Assembly (NCBI GenBank): GCA_050744045.1
Contig: JBOGGK010000361.1
Span: 1-30,487, forward strand
Direction: 5' to 3'
DNA from: Acidimicrobiales bacterium
GTDB taxonomy: Bacteria; Actinomycetota; Acidimicrobiia; Acidimicrobiales; Palsa-688
DNA length: 30,487 bases
Both the position numbers and the translations under genes were made by a program. This document shows, piece after piece, positions 12,109 through 19,856 of the stretch (position 1 is the stretch's first letter; each line of letters starts with the position of its first letter). Below the pieces are notes generated by a model. That model did not search any database and was not told where the DNA came from. It worked only from the letters and a program-made list of their open reading frames with translations.

Positions 12109-12149
12109 CTCCCGGTCACGGCTGTAAAGCTCACCTAACCCCACGATCC

Positions 12150-12169
12150 TGTCGACAACTTGTGGAGAT
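12150..12169. promoter_or_regulatory. Pair of imperfect DnaA boxes upstream of dnaA (autoregulation candidate)
   Basis: TGTCGACAA at 12150-12158 (1 mismatch to TGTGGACAA) and TGTGGAGAT at 12161-12169. Confidence 0.5.
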
Positions 12170-12489
12170 CGGGCCGGGCCGGGTGGGCGGCCGCTGTCAA
12201 GTTCCCACCCGGGGCCGGGGAAGGGCCGGTCTCTTTGAACTAGGTTTTACCTCCGCTGGTACAACTGCTCGTGCTCGGGCGCAGGCTGGTCGTAGGGAGT
12301 TGACGCTAGCACCTCGGGCCGAGCCCGGCGAGGCCGGGAGGCCTCCGTTATCGAACAGGGGTTCGCTATAGTTGCAGCTGTGAGGTCCTTGAGCGGGCTC
12401 GGTCCCCAGGCAGGGGGCGGCAATCCACGGGAAATCAACAACATGTTCCCCCTTTCGTCCCACAGGCACTGGCAGCAAGGGTAGTGCCC

Positions 12490-13860
12490 ATGGCGCCCAC
12501 TGTCACCGAGATGCGCGAGCGGCCTCCGCTCGCCCGGGCGCGCTTGGACCGTGTGCCGCCGCACGACCTGCAGGCTGAGGAGTCCCTGTTGGGGGCCATG
12601 CTGCTTTCGCGTGATGCCATCTCGGCGGCGGTCGAACGGTGCAAAGCGGGCGATTTTTACCGGCCCTCCCACGGGCACATCTTCGATGCGATCTGTTCGC
12701 TTTACGCACAGGGCGAGCCAGCCGACCCCGTGACGGTGGCCGACGAGCTCAAGCGAGCCGACCTGCTCGACGCGGCGGGGGGCGCGGGCAACCTCGTCGC
12801 GCTCGAAGCCAATACCCCCGCGATCGCGAATGCTGGTCGTTATGCACGCATAGTCGAGGAGCACGCCCTTTTACGCCGGCTCATCGGGGTCGCGGGCGAG
12901 ATCGCCGAGATGGGCTACTCGTTGCCCGAAGACGTGGCCGCTGCTTTGGACCGGGCCGAGGCAATGGTCTTCGACATCGTCGAGCGCAGGGTAACCGATT
13001 CGCTGAAGCCGTTGCGGGAGCTTCTCGCTGCGAGCCTCGATCATCTGGAGGCGCTGTACAACCGCGGGGACGCCATCACGGGGGTACCCACTGGCTACAC
13101 GGACCTCGACGAACGCTTGTCCGGGCTGCAACCGAGTGCCCTGGTAATAGTGGGGGCGCGGCCCTCGATGGGCAAGACGTCGTTCGCGTTGGGCATAGCG
13201 GCCCATGCTGCGATTGCAAAGCAGCACCCAGTGCTGTTCTTTTCACTGGAGATGAGCCACCTCGAGCTCACCCAGCGTTTGCTGTGCTCAGAGGCGCGAG
13301 TGGACTCGTCGCGGATGCGCAACGGCAAGTTGCACGAGTCCGACTGGCCCAAGGTGGTGAACGCCATCGGGAAGTTGGGTGAGGCCCCGCTTTTCATAGA
13401 CGACAACCCCAACCTGACGGTGATGGAGATAAGGGCCAAGGCGCGGCGCCTGAAGAGCAGGGAAGGACTGGGCCTGATCGTCGTCGACTACCTGCAGCTC
13501 ATGTCTGGGCACGGCTCTGCCGAGAACCGCCAAGTTGAGGTGTCGGAAATAAGCAGGGGCCTCAAGATCTTGGCTCGGGAACTGGCCGTGCCTGTGCTTG
13601 CGCTGTCTCAGCTGTCGCGCAACTTGGAGGCACGCGCTGACAAGCGCCCGGTCTTGGCCGACCTGAGGGAATCGGGCAGCCTGGAGCAGGATGCCGACGT
13701 CGTGCTGTTCATATACCGGGACGAGTTGTACAACAAGGACTCGCAGGACAAAGGCACCGCCGAAGTAATCGTGGCCAAGCACCGCAACGGCCCGACTGGG
13801 GTGACGCAACTGGCCTTTTTGGACCACTTCACGCGCTTCGCCAACATGGCCCGCGTTTGA
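12490..13860 (+). CDS. dnaB: Replicative DNA helicase DnaB, no intein
   Basis: PPHD..AE.S.LG, Walker A GARPSMGKT, FSLEM, VVDYLQL, LSQLSR, DLRESGSLEQDAD and AKHRNGPTG. Start is ATG 12490 or GTG 12484. Candidate -10 TATAGT at 12367-12372. Confidence 0.98.
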   Translation: MAPTVTEMRERPPLARARLDRVPPHDLQAEESLLGAMLLSRDAISAAVERCKAGDFYRPSHGHIFDAICSLYAQGEPADPVTVADELKRADLLDAAGGAGNLVALEANTPAIANAGRYARIVEEHALLRRLIGVAGEIAEMGYSLPEDVAAALDRAEAMVFDIVERRVTDSLKPLRELLAASLDHLEALYNRGDAITGVPTGYTDLDERLSGLQPSALVIVGARPSMGKTSFALGIAAHAAIAKQHPVLFFSLEMSHLELTQRLLCSEARVDSSRMRNGKLHESDWPKVVNAIGKLGEAPLFIDDNPNLTVMEIRAKARRLKSREGLGLIVVDYLQLMSGHGSAENRQVEVSEISRGLKILARELAVPVLALSQLSRNLEARADKRPVLADLRESGSLEQDADVVLFIYRDELYNKDSQDKGTAEVIVAKHRNGPTGVTQLAFLDHFTRFANMARV

Positions 13861-13887
13861 CCCGGGCTTCGGCTGCGCTAGGTGCGA

Positions 13888-13928
13888 GTGCCGGTGGGCC
13901 GGCCATAGCCCACCGGCACCGGTCTTTT
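13888..13928 (+). terminator. Intrinsic terminator between convergent dnaB and rplI
   Basis: Perfect 12-bp stem GTGCCGGTGGGC/GCCCACCGGCAC (13888-13899 and 13908-13919) followed by CGGTCTTTT. Confidence 0.7.
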
Positions 13929-13939
13929 GCTGAGCGGCG

Positions 13940-14386
13940 CTACGTCCTCACAACCTCGACGGTTACGGGGAACTCGACGTCGACATGGAGCCGGAGGGGT
14001 ACCTCGTGGGTACCGAGGGCCTTGATCGGTTCGGGGAGGTGGAGCTTGGAGCGGTCTATCTGCACCCCCGCCTGTTCGGCTACGGCATCGGCGACGTTGG
14101 CGGTCGTGACCGACCCGAACAGCTTTCCCTCGGGACCGGCCCGCATCGGGATCCGGATGACATGCTGGACGAGGCTGCGGGCCACGCTCTCGGCCACTTG
14201 GCGGTCGTGGGCGTCTTTGATCTCACGTGCCTGGCGCATGCCCGCAGCCTGCTCTGAGATACCCTCGTTGGCCACGATCGCGTGGCCCTTGGGTAGGAGG
14301 TAGTTGCGGGCGAAGCCGTCGGCCACGTCGCAGATGTCGCCTCGCTTGCCGAGCTTCGCGACATCAGAGCGGAGCACGACGCGCAT
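13940..14386 (-). CDS. rplI: 50S ribosomal protein L9
   Basis: LGK.GD...V..GFARNYLLP, GKLFGSVT and IK.LG; TGATG coupling with rpsR. Confidence 0.97.
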   Translation of the reverse strand: MRVVLRSDVAKLGKRGDICDVADGFARNYLLPKGHAIVANEGISEQAAGMRQAREIKDAHDRQVAESVARSLVQHVIRIPMRAGPEGKLFGSVTTANVADAVAEQAGVQIDRSKLHLPEPIKALGTHEVPLRLHVDVEFPVTVEVVRT

Positions 14387-14784
14387 CAGGCTTCGACCTG
14401 TTCGGGCTCGGCAGGAAGCTCTTCAGCCGCGGGCTCTTCGGTGACGGTGGCCTCCAAGTCCACGGTTTCGCGGCTGACCGGGGCGCGGGCGCGGCCCGGG
14501 CCCCTTTCGCTCGCGGTCCTCTGTAGGTAAGGCAGGAGGGCTAGCTCCCTTGCGGTCTTGATGGCCACTTGGACGTCCCGCTGGTGCTGGGAGCAGTTGC
14601 CCGTGACGCGGCGAGACCTGATCTTGCCCCTTTCGCTCATGAACCGCCGGAGCAGGCCGACATCTTTGTAGTCGACCCGCTCGGCGTGCTCCTTGCAGAA
14701 AATGCATACCTTCTTCTTGCCGCGTGGGCGCGCTTCTTTTGGCGCCCGCTTTGGGTTGCGGTCCCGGTCGTTGGTGCGTGCCAT
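14386..14784 (-). CDS. rpsR: 30S ribosomal protein S18 (Zn-binding C+ form) with acidic C-terminal extension
   Basis: C.FC, DYKD...L..F.SERGKI..RR.TG.C..HQ and AIK.AR.LALLPY, followed by about 45 extra residues. Confidence 0.96.
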   Translation of the reverse strand: MARTNDRDRNPKRAPKEARPRGKKKVCIFCKEHAERVDYKDVGLLRRFMSERGKIRSRRVTGNCSQHQRDVQVAIKTARELALLPYLQRTASERGPGRARAPVSRETVDLEATVTEEPAAEELPAEPEQVEA

Positions 14785-14789
14785 CGGTT

Positions 14790-15332
14790 CTAGAAAGGCT
14801 CCTCGTCCTCGTGGCCCCCACCGTAAGCCGCCGGGGCGCTCGCGGGTGCCGGCCCTGCATCGTAAGCCGCCGGGGCGCTCGCGGGTGCGGGGCGCTGGTA
14901 TGCCGGGTCGCGAGGAGCGTGGGTTTCATGGGCGGCGTGGCCCTCGCCGTTGGGGCTGTCCGGGCTGCGGCGCTCGTTGCGCGTGACCTGGACGGTGGCC
15001 CACCGCAGGCTGGGCGCGATCTCTTCGGCGGTGATCTCCACCTTGGAACGCTTGTCGCCGTCCTGGGTCTCCAAGCTCCGCTGGTCGAGCCGGCCCGTCA
15101 CCACGACGCGGGTGCCCCGGCCGAGCGATGTAGCCGCGTTTTCCGCGAGCGTCCCCCAGCAGACGACGTCGAAGAACGATGTCGACTCCCGGCGCTCCTG
15201 GCTCTGGCGGTCCGTCCAAGAGCGGTTTACGGCGACCCCGAAAGTGGCGGTCGCTTGACCATTAGGGGTGAAGCGGAGTTCGGGCTCCCGCGTGAGGTTG
15301 CCCACGATGCTGACCGTGTTGTCTTGTGCCAT
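14790..15332 (-). CDS. ssb: Single-stranded DNA-binding protein
   Basis: VGNLTR.PELRFTP.G, OB fold and C-terminal DEEPF tip. Confidence 0.97.
   Translation of the reverse strand: MAQDNTVSIVGNLTREPELRFTPNGQATATFGVAVNRSWTDRQSQERRESTSFFDVVCWGTLAENAATSLGRGTRVVVTGRLDQRSLETQDGDKRSKVEITAEEIAPSLRWATVQVTRNERRSPDSPNGEGHAAHETHAPRDPAYQRPAPASAPAAYDAGPAPASAPAAYGGGHEDEEPF
14822..14888. repeat. 28-bp exact direct repeat, 39-bp period, in the ssb linker
   Basis: CGTAAGCCGCCGGGGCGCTCGCGGGTGC at 14822-14849 and 14861-14888; encodes APASAPAAY twice. Confidence 0.9.
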
Positions 15333-15334
15333 AT

Positions 15335-15721
15335 TTATGCTCCGTTCGTGCTGGCGGCCTCGGCAGGGGTGCCTGCGTCGGTGCCCACGGCTGTGGTCTC
15401 AGGGGAAGGTGCCCGGCGCGAGCGGCCGGCGGCGCCCTCGGGGAGCCTCATCACCTTGTGCCGGATGACCTCGTCGGCCAGGTGGAGCTGGCGTCCGAGG
15501 TCGGACAAGGCGGCGGGCTCGGCGTTTGCCTCTATCACCACGTAGTAGCCCTCGCTTTGGTGGTGCACAGGGTAGGCCAAACGACGTTTGCCCCAAGGGT
15601 CTGCGGTGACCGACTTGGCCCCCGCAGCGGTCAACTGCTGGGTAAAGCGGTCGACGAGAGCTCGGACGGCATCCTCTTCCAGGCTGGCGTCCAAGATGAG
15701 CATGACTTCATAGGGCCGCAT
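15335..15721 (-). CDS. rpsF: 30S ribosomal protein S6
   Basis: MRPYEVMLILD, WGKRRLAYP...EGYY and VIRHKV. Start moved to ATG 15721 (SD AGGT upstream); the longer ORF crosses a structured leader. Confidence 0.96.
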   Translation of the reverse strand: MRPYEVMLILDASLEEDAVRALVDRFTQQLTAAGAKSVTADPWGKRRLAYPVHHQSEGYYVVIEANAEPAALSDLGRQLHLADEVIRHKVMRLPEGAAGRSRRAPSPETTAVGTDAGTPAEAASTNGA

Positions 15722-15815
15722 AGGCGGCTCACCTACCTTTCCCTGTGGACGGGGCGGGCGGCACACGCCGCCAGCCGAGGCTCCGGGCCGTCCGGAGCAG
15801 GGCCTGCTGGTTGCG
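15722..15815 (-). ncRNA. Structured rpsF leader (candidate S6:S18 autoregulatory element)
   Basis: Hairpins GCTCCGG/CCGGAGC and GGCGGC/GCCGCC, and long-range pairs CCCTG/CAGGG and GGAC/GTCC next to the SD. Candidate -10 TACGAT at 15822-15827. Confidence 0.6.
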
Positions 15816-15908
15816 ACTGCCATCGTAGCTGACGCCTGCGGTCGTCCCATCCCCACCACCATGCCACCAGCCGGTGACCGTTAACCGCTGGCCGGCCGCA
15901 GGGCAATG

Positions 15909-16391
15909 TTACTGCGTGTCCCCTGGCTGCTGGTTGGTGCGCCGGTCGTCAGCCCTTGCCGGCCCGGGTGGGGCGCTTGCCCGCCGGGAGGCAGTGACCG
16001 AGAAGACCTGGGAGAGGTGGTTCCAGGCGCAGCTGGGGCAGACCTCGACCACGTAGCAGGCCAAGTCCCGGCCTGGGGAAGCCAGGCGGTCCAGCTCCTT
16101 CTGGGAGGCCACGCAGCGGCCCGAAGGCGGGATGCGGGGGCCGAAGACGTACGAGACCAGACGGAGCTTCACGTCTTCGCAGATGGGGCAATCCTCCTGG
16201 GCTTCTTCGCCTGCTGCCGCGGCGGCCCGTAGCAACTCGGGGTGGGCATCGCAGACGTCGAGGCGTGAAAGGTGCCCCTTGCGGTACTCGTTGACCACGA
16301 CGTTGCGGGCCAAGCGGTAGTCGACTTTGCCGAGCACGCGGAACGCCGACCCGGCCCCGGACGCGGCCTTGGGCAAGAAGCTCATTGCCAT
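15909..16391 (-). CDS. DUF5318 family protein
   Basis: VDYRLAR, DVCDAHPELLRAA, CPIC, V.YVFG and YVVEVC..C.WNHL; the usual actinobacterial neighbour of rpsF. Confidence 0.9.
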   Translation of the reverse strand: MAMSFLPKAASGAGSAFRVLGKVDYRLARNVVVNEYRKGHLSRLDVCDAHPELLRAAAAAGEEAQEDCPICEDVKLRLVSYVFGPRIPPSGRCVASQKELDRLASPGRDLACYVVEVCPSCAWNHLSQVFSVTASRRASAPPGPARADDRRTNQQPGDTQ

Positions 16392-16461
16392 AGGGCGACC
16401 ACGACAGATAAGAGTACCTGCATCTCCGGTGCTTTAGCGGTGCCGAGGCGGTCGCGAGCGG

Positions 16462-17862
16462 CTAGGTACCGCCGGGCCGGCGCGCTTCGGGCTGGCTCGC
16501 CCACCACTCGTCGAGCAACCTGGTCGCTTCGCCCCGCTCGTGCGGTCCCTCTTCCAGGCGCAACTCGAGCAGGTAGGCAAGGGCGCGGCCGACCAGCGGG
16601 CCCGGTGCCAGCCCCAGGTGGGCCATCACGTCGCGGCCGTCCATGTCCGGCCTGATCGCCGCCAGTTCCTCTCTTTCCGCCAGCTCGGCGACGCGGCGCT
16701 CGAGCTCGTCCATGCGCGCGGCAAGCTCCCTGGCTCTTGCCAGGTTGCGGGTGGTGGAGTCTGAGCGCGTGAGCTCGTTGAGCGGGCCGAGCAGGTCCCC
16801 GACGTCGCGCACGTACCGGCGGACCGCGCTGTCAGTCCAGCCCATGCCGTAGGTGTGGAAACGAAGGTGCAGCTCGACGAGCTTGCTCACTTTTTCGATG
16901 TCCCCGGTCGGGTAGCGCAGCGCTTTCATGCGGTCCCGGGTCATCCGGGCCCCTACCAGCTCGTGGTGGTGGAAGCTGACCGTGCCCCCCGGGCCGAAGG
17001 AGCGGGTCTTGGGCTTGCCGATGTCGTGGAAGAGGGCGGCCAAGCGCACCGTCCGCTCGGGCCGGGCGCGCGCCACGACGGCGATGGTGTGGGCGAGCAC
17101 GTCTTTGTGCCGGTGGGCCGGGTCCTGTTCCAAGGCGAGGGCGGGCAGTTCGGGCAGGAACTCCTCTGCCAAGCCGGTGCGGACGAGGAACCAGAGCCCG
17201 GCCGAGGGGTCGGGAGCGACGATCAGCTTGTCGAGCTCGTCTCGCACGCGTTCGTCGGAGATGATGTCCAGGCGCCCGCGCAGGCGGGTGACCGCGGCGA
17301 AGAGCTCGGGCTCGGGGTCGAGCTCGTAGGCGGCGATGAACCGGGCGGCCCGCAGCATCCGCAAAGGGTCGTCAGCGAACGATTCCTCGGGGGCAAGGGG
17401 GGTCCGCAGCCGTTTGGCGGCCAGGTCGGCGACCCCGTTGAGCGGGTCCACCAGCGCCAGGCCCGGTAACGACAGCGCCATCGCGTTGACGGTGAAGTCG
17501 CGCCGTGAGAGGTCGGCTTCCAATGCGGTCGAAAAGGCGACCTCTGGCTTGCGCGAGGAAGCGCCGTAACGCTCGGCCCGGTGTGTGGTGACCTCGATGC
17601 GCTGCCTGGCCTTGGCCGCACCTATGGTGCCGAAGCGCTTTCCCTGCGCCCAGATGCTGTCTGCCCACGGGGCGAGGATCTCCTCGGTGCGCGAAGGCAG
17701 GGCGTCGGTCGTGAAGTCGAGGTCGCCGCCCGGGGCGAGCCGGTCCGCCAGGGCGTCGCGCACTGCCCCCCCCACAAGGTAGAGATGGGCACCTGCGGCT
17801 TCGAACAGCCGCGCCAGCTCGTTGGCCGTCCTCAGGGTCGGCTTCAACCTCTCCGGCACCAC
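16462..17862 (-). CDS. cca: CCA tRNA nucleotidyltransferase with HD domain
   Basis: LVGG.VRD, DLDF, DL.RRDFTVNAMA, DDPLRMLRA and HD motif AALFHDIGKP. -10 TAGGCT (17870-17875) sits 7 nt before the GTG. Confidence 0.93.
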   Translation of the reverse strand: MVPERLKPTLRTANELARLFEAAGAHLYLVGGAVRDALADRLAPGGDLDFTTDALPSRTEEILAPWADSIWAQGKRFGTIGAAKARQRIEVTTHRAERYGASSRKPEVAFSTALEADLSRRDFTVNAMALSLPGLALVDPLNGVADLAAKRLRTPLAPEESFADDPLRMLRAARFIAAYELDPEPELFAAVTRLRGRLDIISDERVRDELDKLIVAPDPSAGLWFLVRTGLAEEFLPELPALALEQDPAHRHKDVLAHTIAVVARARPERTVRLAALFHDIGKPKTRSFGPGGTVSFHHHELVGARMTRDRMKALRYPTGDIEKVSKLVELHLRFHTYGMGWTDSAVRRYVRDVGDLLGPLNELTRSDSTTRNLARARELAARMDELERRVAELAEREELAAIRPDMDGRDVMAHLGLAPGPLVGRALAYLLELRLEEGPHERGEATRLLDEWWASQPEARRPGGT

Positions 17863-17901
17863 ACGAGCGAGCCTAGGAGCCCCCCAGCGGGCCGCGTCAG
17901 C

Positions 17902-18990
17902 TTATAGCGCCGGCAGCAGCCCGGCGGTCTGGAGGGCCACCCTGAAGTCGTGGGGGTTCGTTGCCGCCTGGAGCGCCGAGCGCAGGGAGATCTCGCCCCC
18001 TTTGAACAGGTTGAACAGGCTCTGGTCGAAAGTGATCATCCCGTGGTACTCGCCGTCCGCAATGACGTCCTCGATGGTCTCGCCCGAACCGCCCGTCGGG
18101 TCGAGGATGCGGTCCGAGATCCTCCCTGTCATCACCATCGCCTCTACGGCCACACAGCGGCCCACCCCGTCGGCGCGGGGCACGAGCCGCTGGCTGACCA
18201 CCCCCCGCAGGACCGCCGCCAGGCTGATGCGGACCTGGCGCTGCTGGAACGGCGGGAAGAAGTCGACGACGCGGTTGATGGTCTCGGTGGCGTTGGTGGT
18301 GTGCAGGGTCGACAGCACTAGGTGCCCGGTCTCGCCCGCCGACAGCGCGGCCTGGATGGTCTCGGGGTCGCGCATTTCCCCGATCAATATGACGTCGGGG
18401 TCCTGGCGCAAGACGCGACGCATGGCCTGGGACCAGTCCTTGGTGTCTGTCCCGATCTCGCGTTGGCTGATGATGGACATCTTGTCCCGGTGGAGGACCT
18501 CGATCGGGTCCTCGATCGTGATGATGTTGGTGGAGCGGTTGTTGTTTATGTGGTCGATCATCGCCGCCAAGGTGGTCGTCTTGCCCGAACCCGTAGGGCC
18601 TGTGACCAGGACTAGGCCCCGTTGCTCCTCGGCCAGGCGGGTGACGACCGGGGGCAGCCCGAGGTCGGTAGCCGACAGGGCGCTCGGCAGGACCCGCCGC
18701 AAGACGAGCCCGGCTGTGCCCCGTTGGCGGAACGCGTTGCACCTGAAGCGCCCGAGCCCGCTCACCGACAACGAGAAGTCCGCTTCGCCGGTGGACTTGA
18801 ACTCGTCCAGCCTCTCGGGGGGCAGCACGACCTGTACGAGCTCCTCGCACTCCTCCGGGCCTACGGCGGGGAACGGCGACATCCGCAGGTCGCCGTTGAT
18901 GCGGACCCGAGGCGCCGATCCGACCTTGATATGGAGGTCGGAAGCGCCTTGCTCGACCACATGACGCAACACAGCGGGAAGGTCGATCAC
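17902..18990 (-). CDS. PilT/PilU family type IV pilus retraction ATPase (PilU-like)
   Basis: ASDLHI, R.R.N.F.QRG, Walker A GPTGSGKTT, Asp box TIEDPIE, Walker B DPDVILIGEMRD, His box TGHLVLSTLH and GM.TFDQSL. Start probably GTG 18990 (alternatives 18993 and 18996). Confidence 0.92.
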   Translation of the reverse strand: MIDLPAVLRHVVEQGASDLHIKVGSAPRVRINGDLRMSPFPAVGPEECEELVQVVLPPERLDEFKSTGEADFSLSVSGLGRFRCNAFRQRGTAGLVLRRVLPSALSATDLGLPPVVTRLAEEQRGLVLVTGPTGSGKTTTLAAMIDHINNNRSTNIITIEDPIEVLHRDKMSIISQREIGTDTKDWSQAMRRVLRQDPDVILIGEMRDPETIQAALSAGETGHLVLSTLHTTNATETINRVVDFFPPFQQRQVRISLAAVLRGVVSQRLVPRADGVGRCVAVEAMVMTGRISDRILDPTGGSGETIEDVIADGEYHGMITFDQSLFNLFKGGEISLRSALQAATNPHDFRVALQTAGLLPAL

Positions 18991-18998
18991 CAACACGC

Positions 18999-19026
18999 GT
19001 ATCGGCAGGTTGGGCCTCGATCCTAA
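18999..19026 (-). promoter_or_regulatory. Candidate sigma28 (FliA/WhiG-type) promoter
   Basis: TTAGG-N15-GCCGATAC: the -10 matches GCCGATAA at 7/8 positions; the -35 match is weak. Confidence 0.45.
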
Positions 19027-19126
19027 AGGCGTTCCCGGGTGCAGCCCCATGGCTCCCCGAGAGCCAGTTTCGCCGGGTAGTAGGCTGCCCGGTGGCACCA
19101 ATGAGCCTCGACGCCTCTAAGCTCCA

Positions 19127-19855
19127 ATGCCCGGTGCAGGCGATATGATCCGCTGGGGCCGGGAATGTGCCCGCGCGGGGCCGTGGCGTGCTGACGGTTC
19201 GGTGGCATTGCTGGTGCCGCTGGTGAGCGGCCCGGCCTCGGCGGAGTTCGTGCGCCGGTGCCTGCGCCTGCTCGCGCGGCAGGGCTTCCAGCGGGTGGTG
19301 ACCGGCGCGCTCGCGCCCGACGAGCAAGGGGGTTTCCTTGAAGCCGGTTTCGAGGTGCGTGAGCACCTGCACCTGCTCGTACTCGACCAGGCTGCCCCGT
19401 TGACGGGCGTGCCCCCGGGGCCCAGGCTCCGGCGGGCGGGTTTGTCACTGCGGGCGGGCGTACTGGACGTCGACAGGGCGGCCTTCGACCCCTTTTGGCG
19501 TCTCGACCGGGCCAGCTTGCGCGAAGCCCTTGCGGCCACACCGAGGAAGCGCCTGCGGGTCGTCTTGGGCCCCGGGCGCCAGGTCTTGGGCTATGCCTTG
19601 TGCGGGGCGGCGAGCAGGCGAGGTTTTGTGCAACGCCTCGCCGTCCGCCCCGAGGCCCAAGGCCGCGGGCTCGGCAAGAGGTTGTTGCTCGACGGTTTGC
19701 ATTGGCTGCGGGGTGCCGGTGCCTGCCAGATAGCCGTGAACACCCAAAAGGGCAACGAGGCCGCCCTCGCCCTTTACCGCAACGTCGGCTTCCGGGACGA
19801 GCCGGCCGGGTTGAACGTGCTTTCGACGGGCCTCGGCCTGCTGGGAGGCGGCTGA
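19127..19855 (+). CDS. GNAT family N-acetyltransferase
   Basis: Motif A LAVRPEAQGRGLGKRLL and N..A.ALY..VGF. The N-terminal part resembles a partial second GNAT fold. Start could be ATG 19146-region. Confidence 0.85.
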   Translation: MPGAGDMIRWGRECARAGPWRADGSVALLVPLVSGPASAEFVRRCLRLLARQGFQRVVTGALAPDEQGGFLEAGFEVREHLHLLVLDQAAPLTGVPPGPRLRRAGLSLRAGVLDVDRAAFDPFWRLDRASLREALAATPRKRLRVVLGPGRQVLGYALCGAASRRGFVQRLAVRPEAQGRGLGKRLLLDGLHWLRGAGACQIAVNTQKGNEAALALYRNVGFRDEPAGLNVLSTGLGLLGGG

Positions 19856-19856
19856 G

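Noticed and set aside
12490..13860. Possible inteins in dnaB or gyrA
   Set aside because: Protein lengths are normal and the motifs at the usual insertion sites (RESG, RYTE) are contiguous.
14464..14478. VSRET peptide in the S18 tail, the translation signature of parS
   Set aside because: The DNA is GTC AGC CGC GAA ACC, not a parS palindrome, and the AGC Ser codon is not a simple synonymous derivative of TCA.
15744..15752. DnaA-box-like CCGTCCACA upstream of rpsF
   Set aside because: A single 2-mismatch hit that is better explained by base pairing within the leader RNA.
15722..15862. 47-aa N-terminal extension of S6 in the ORF track
   Set aside because: It crosses the putative promoter and leader; the conserved start is MRPYE at 15721.
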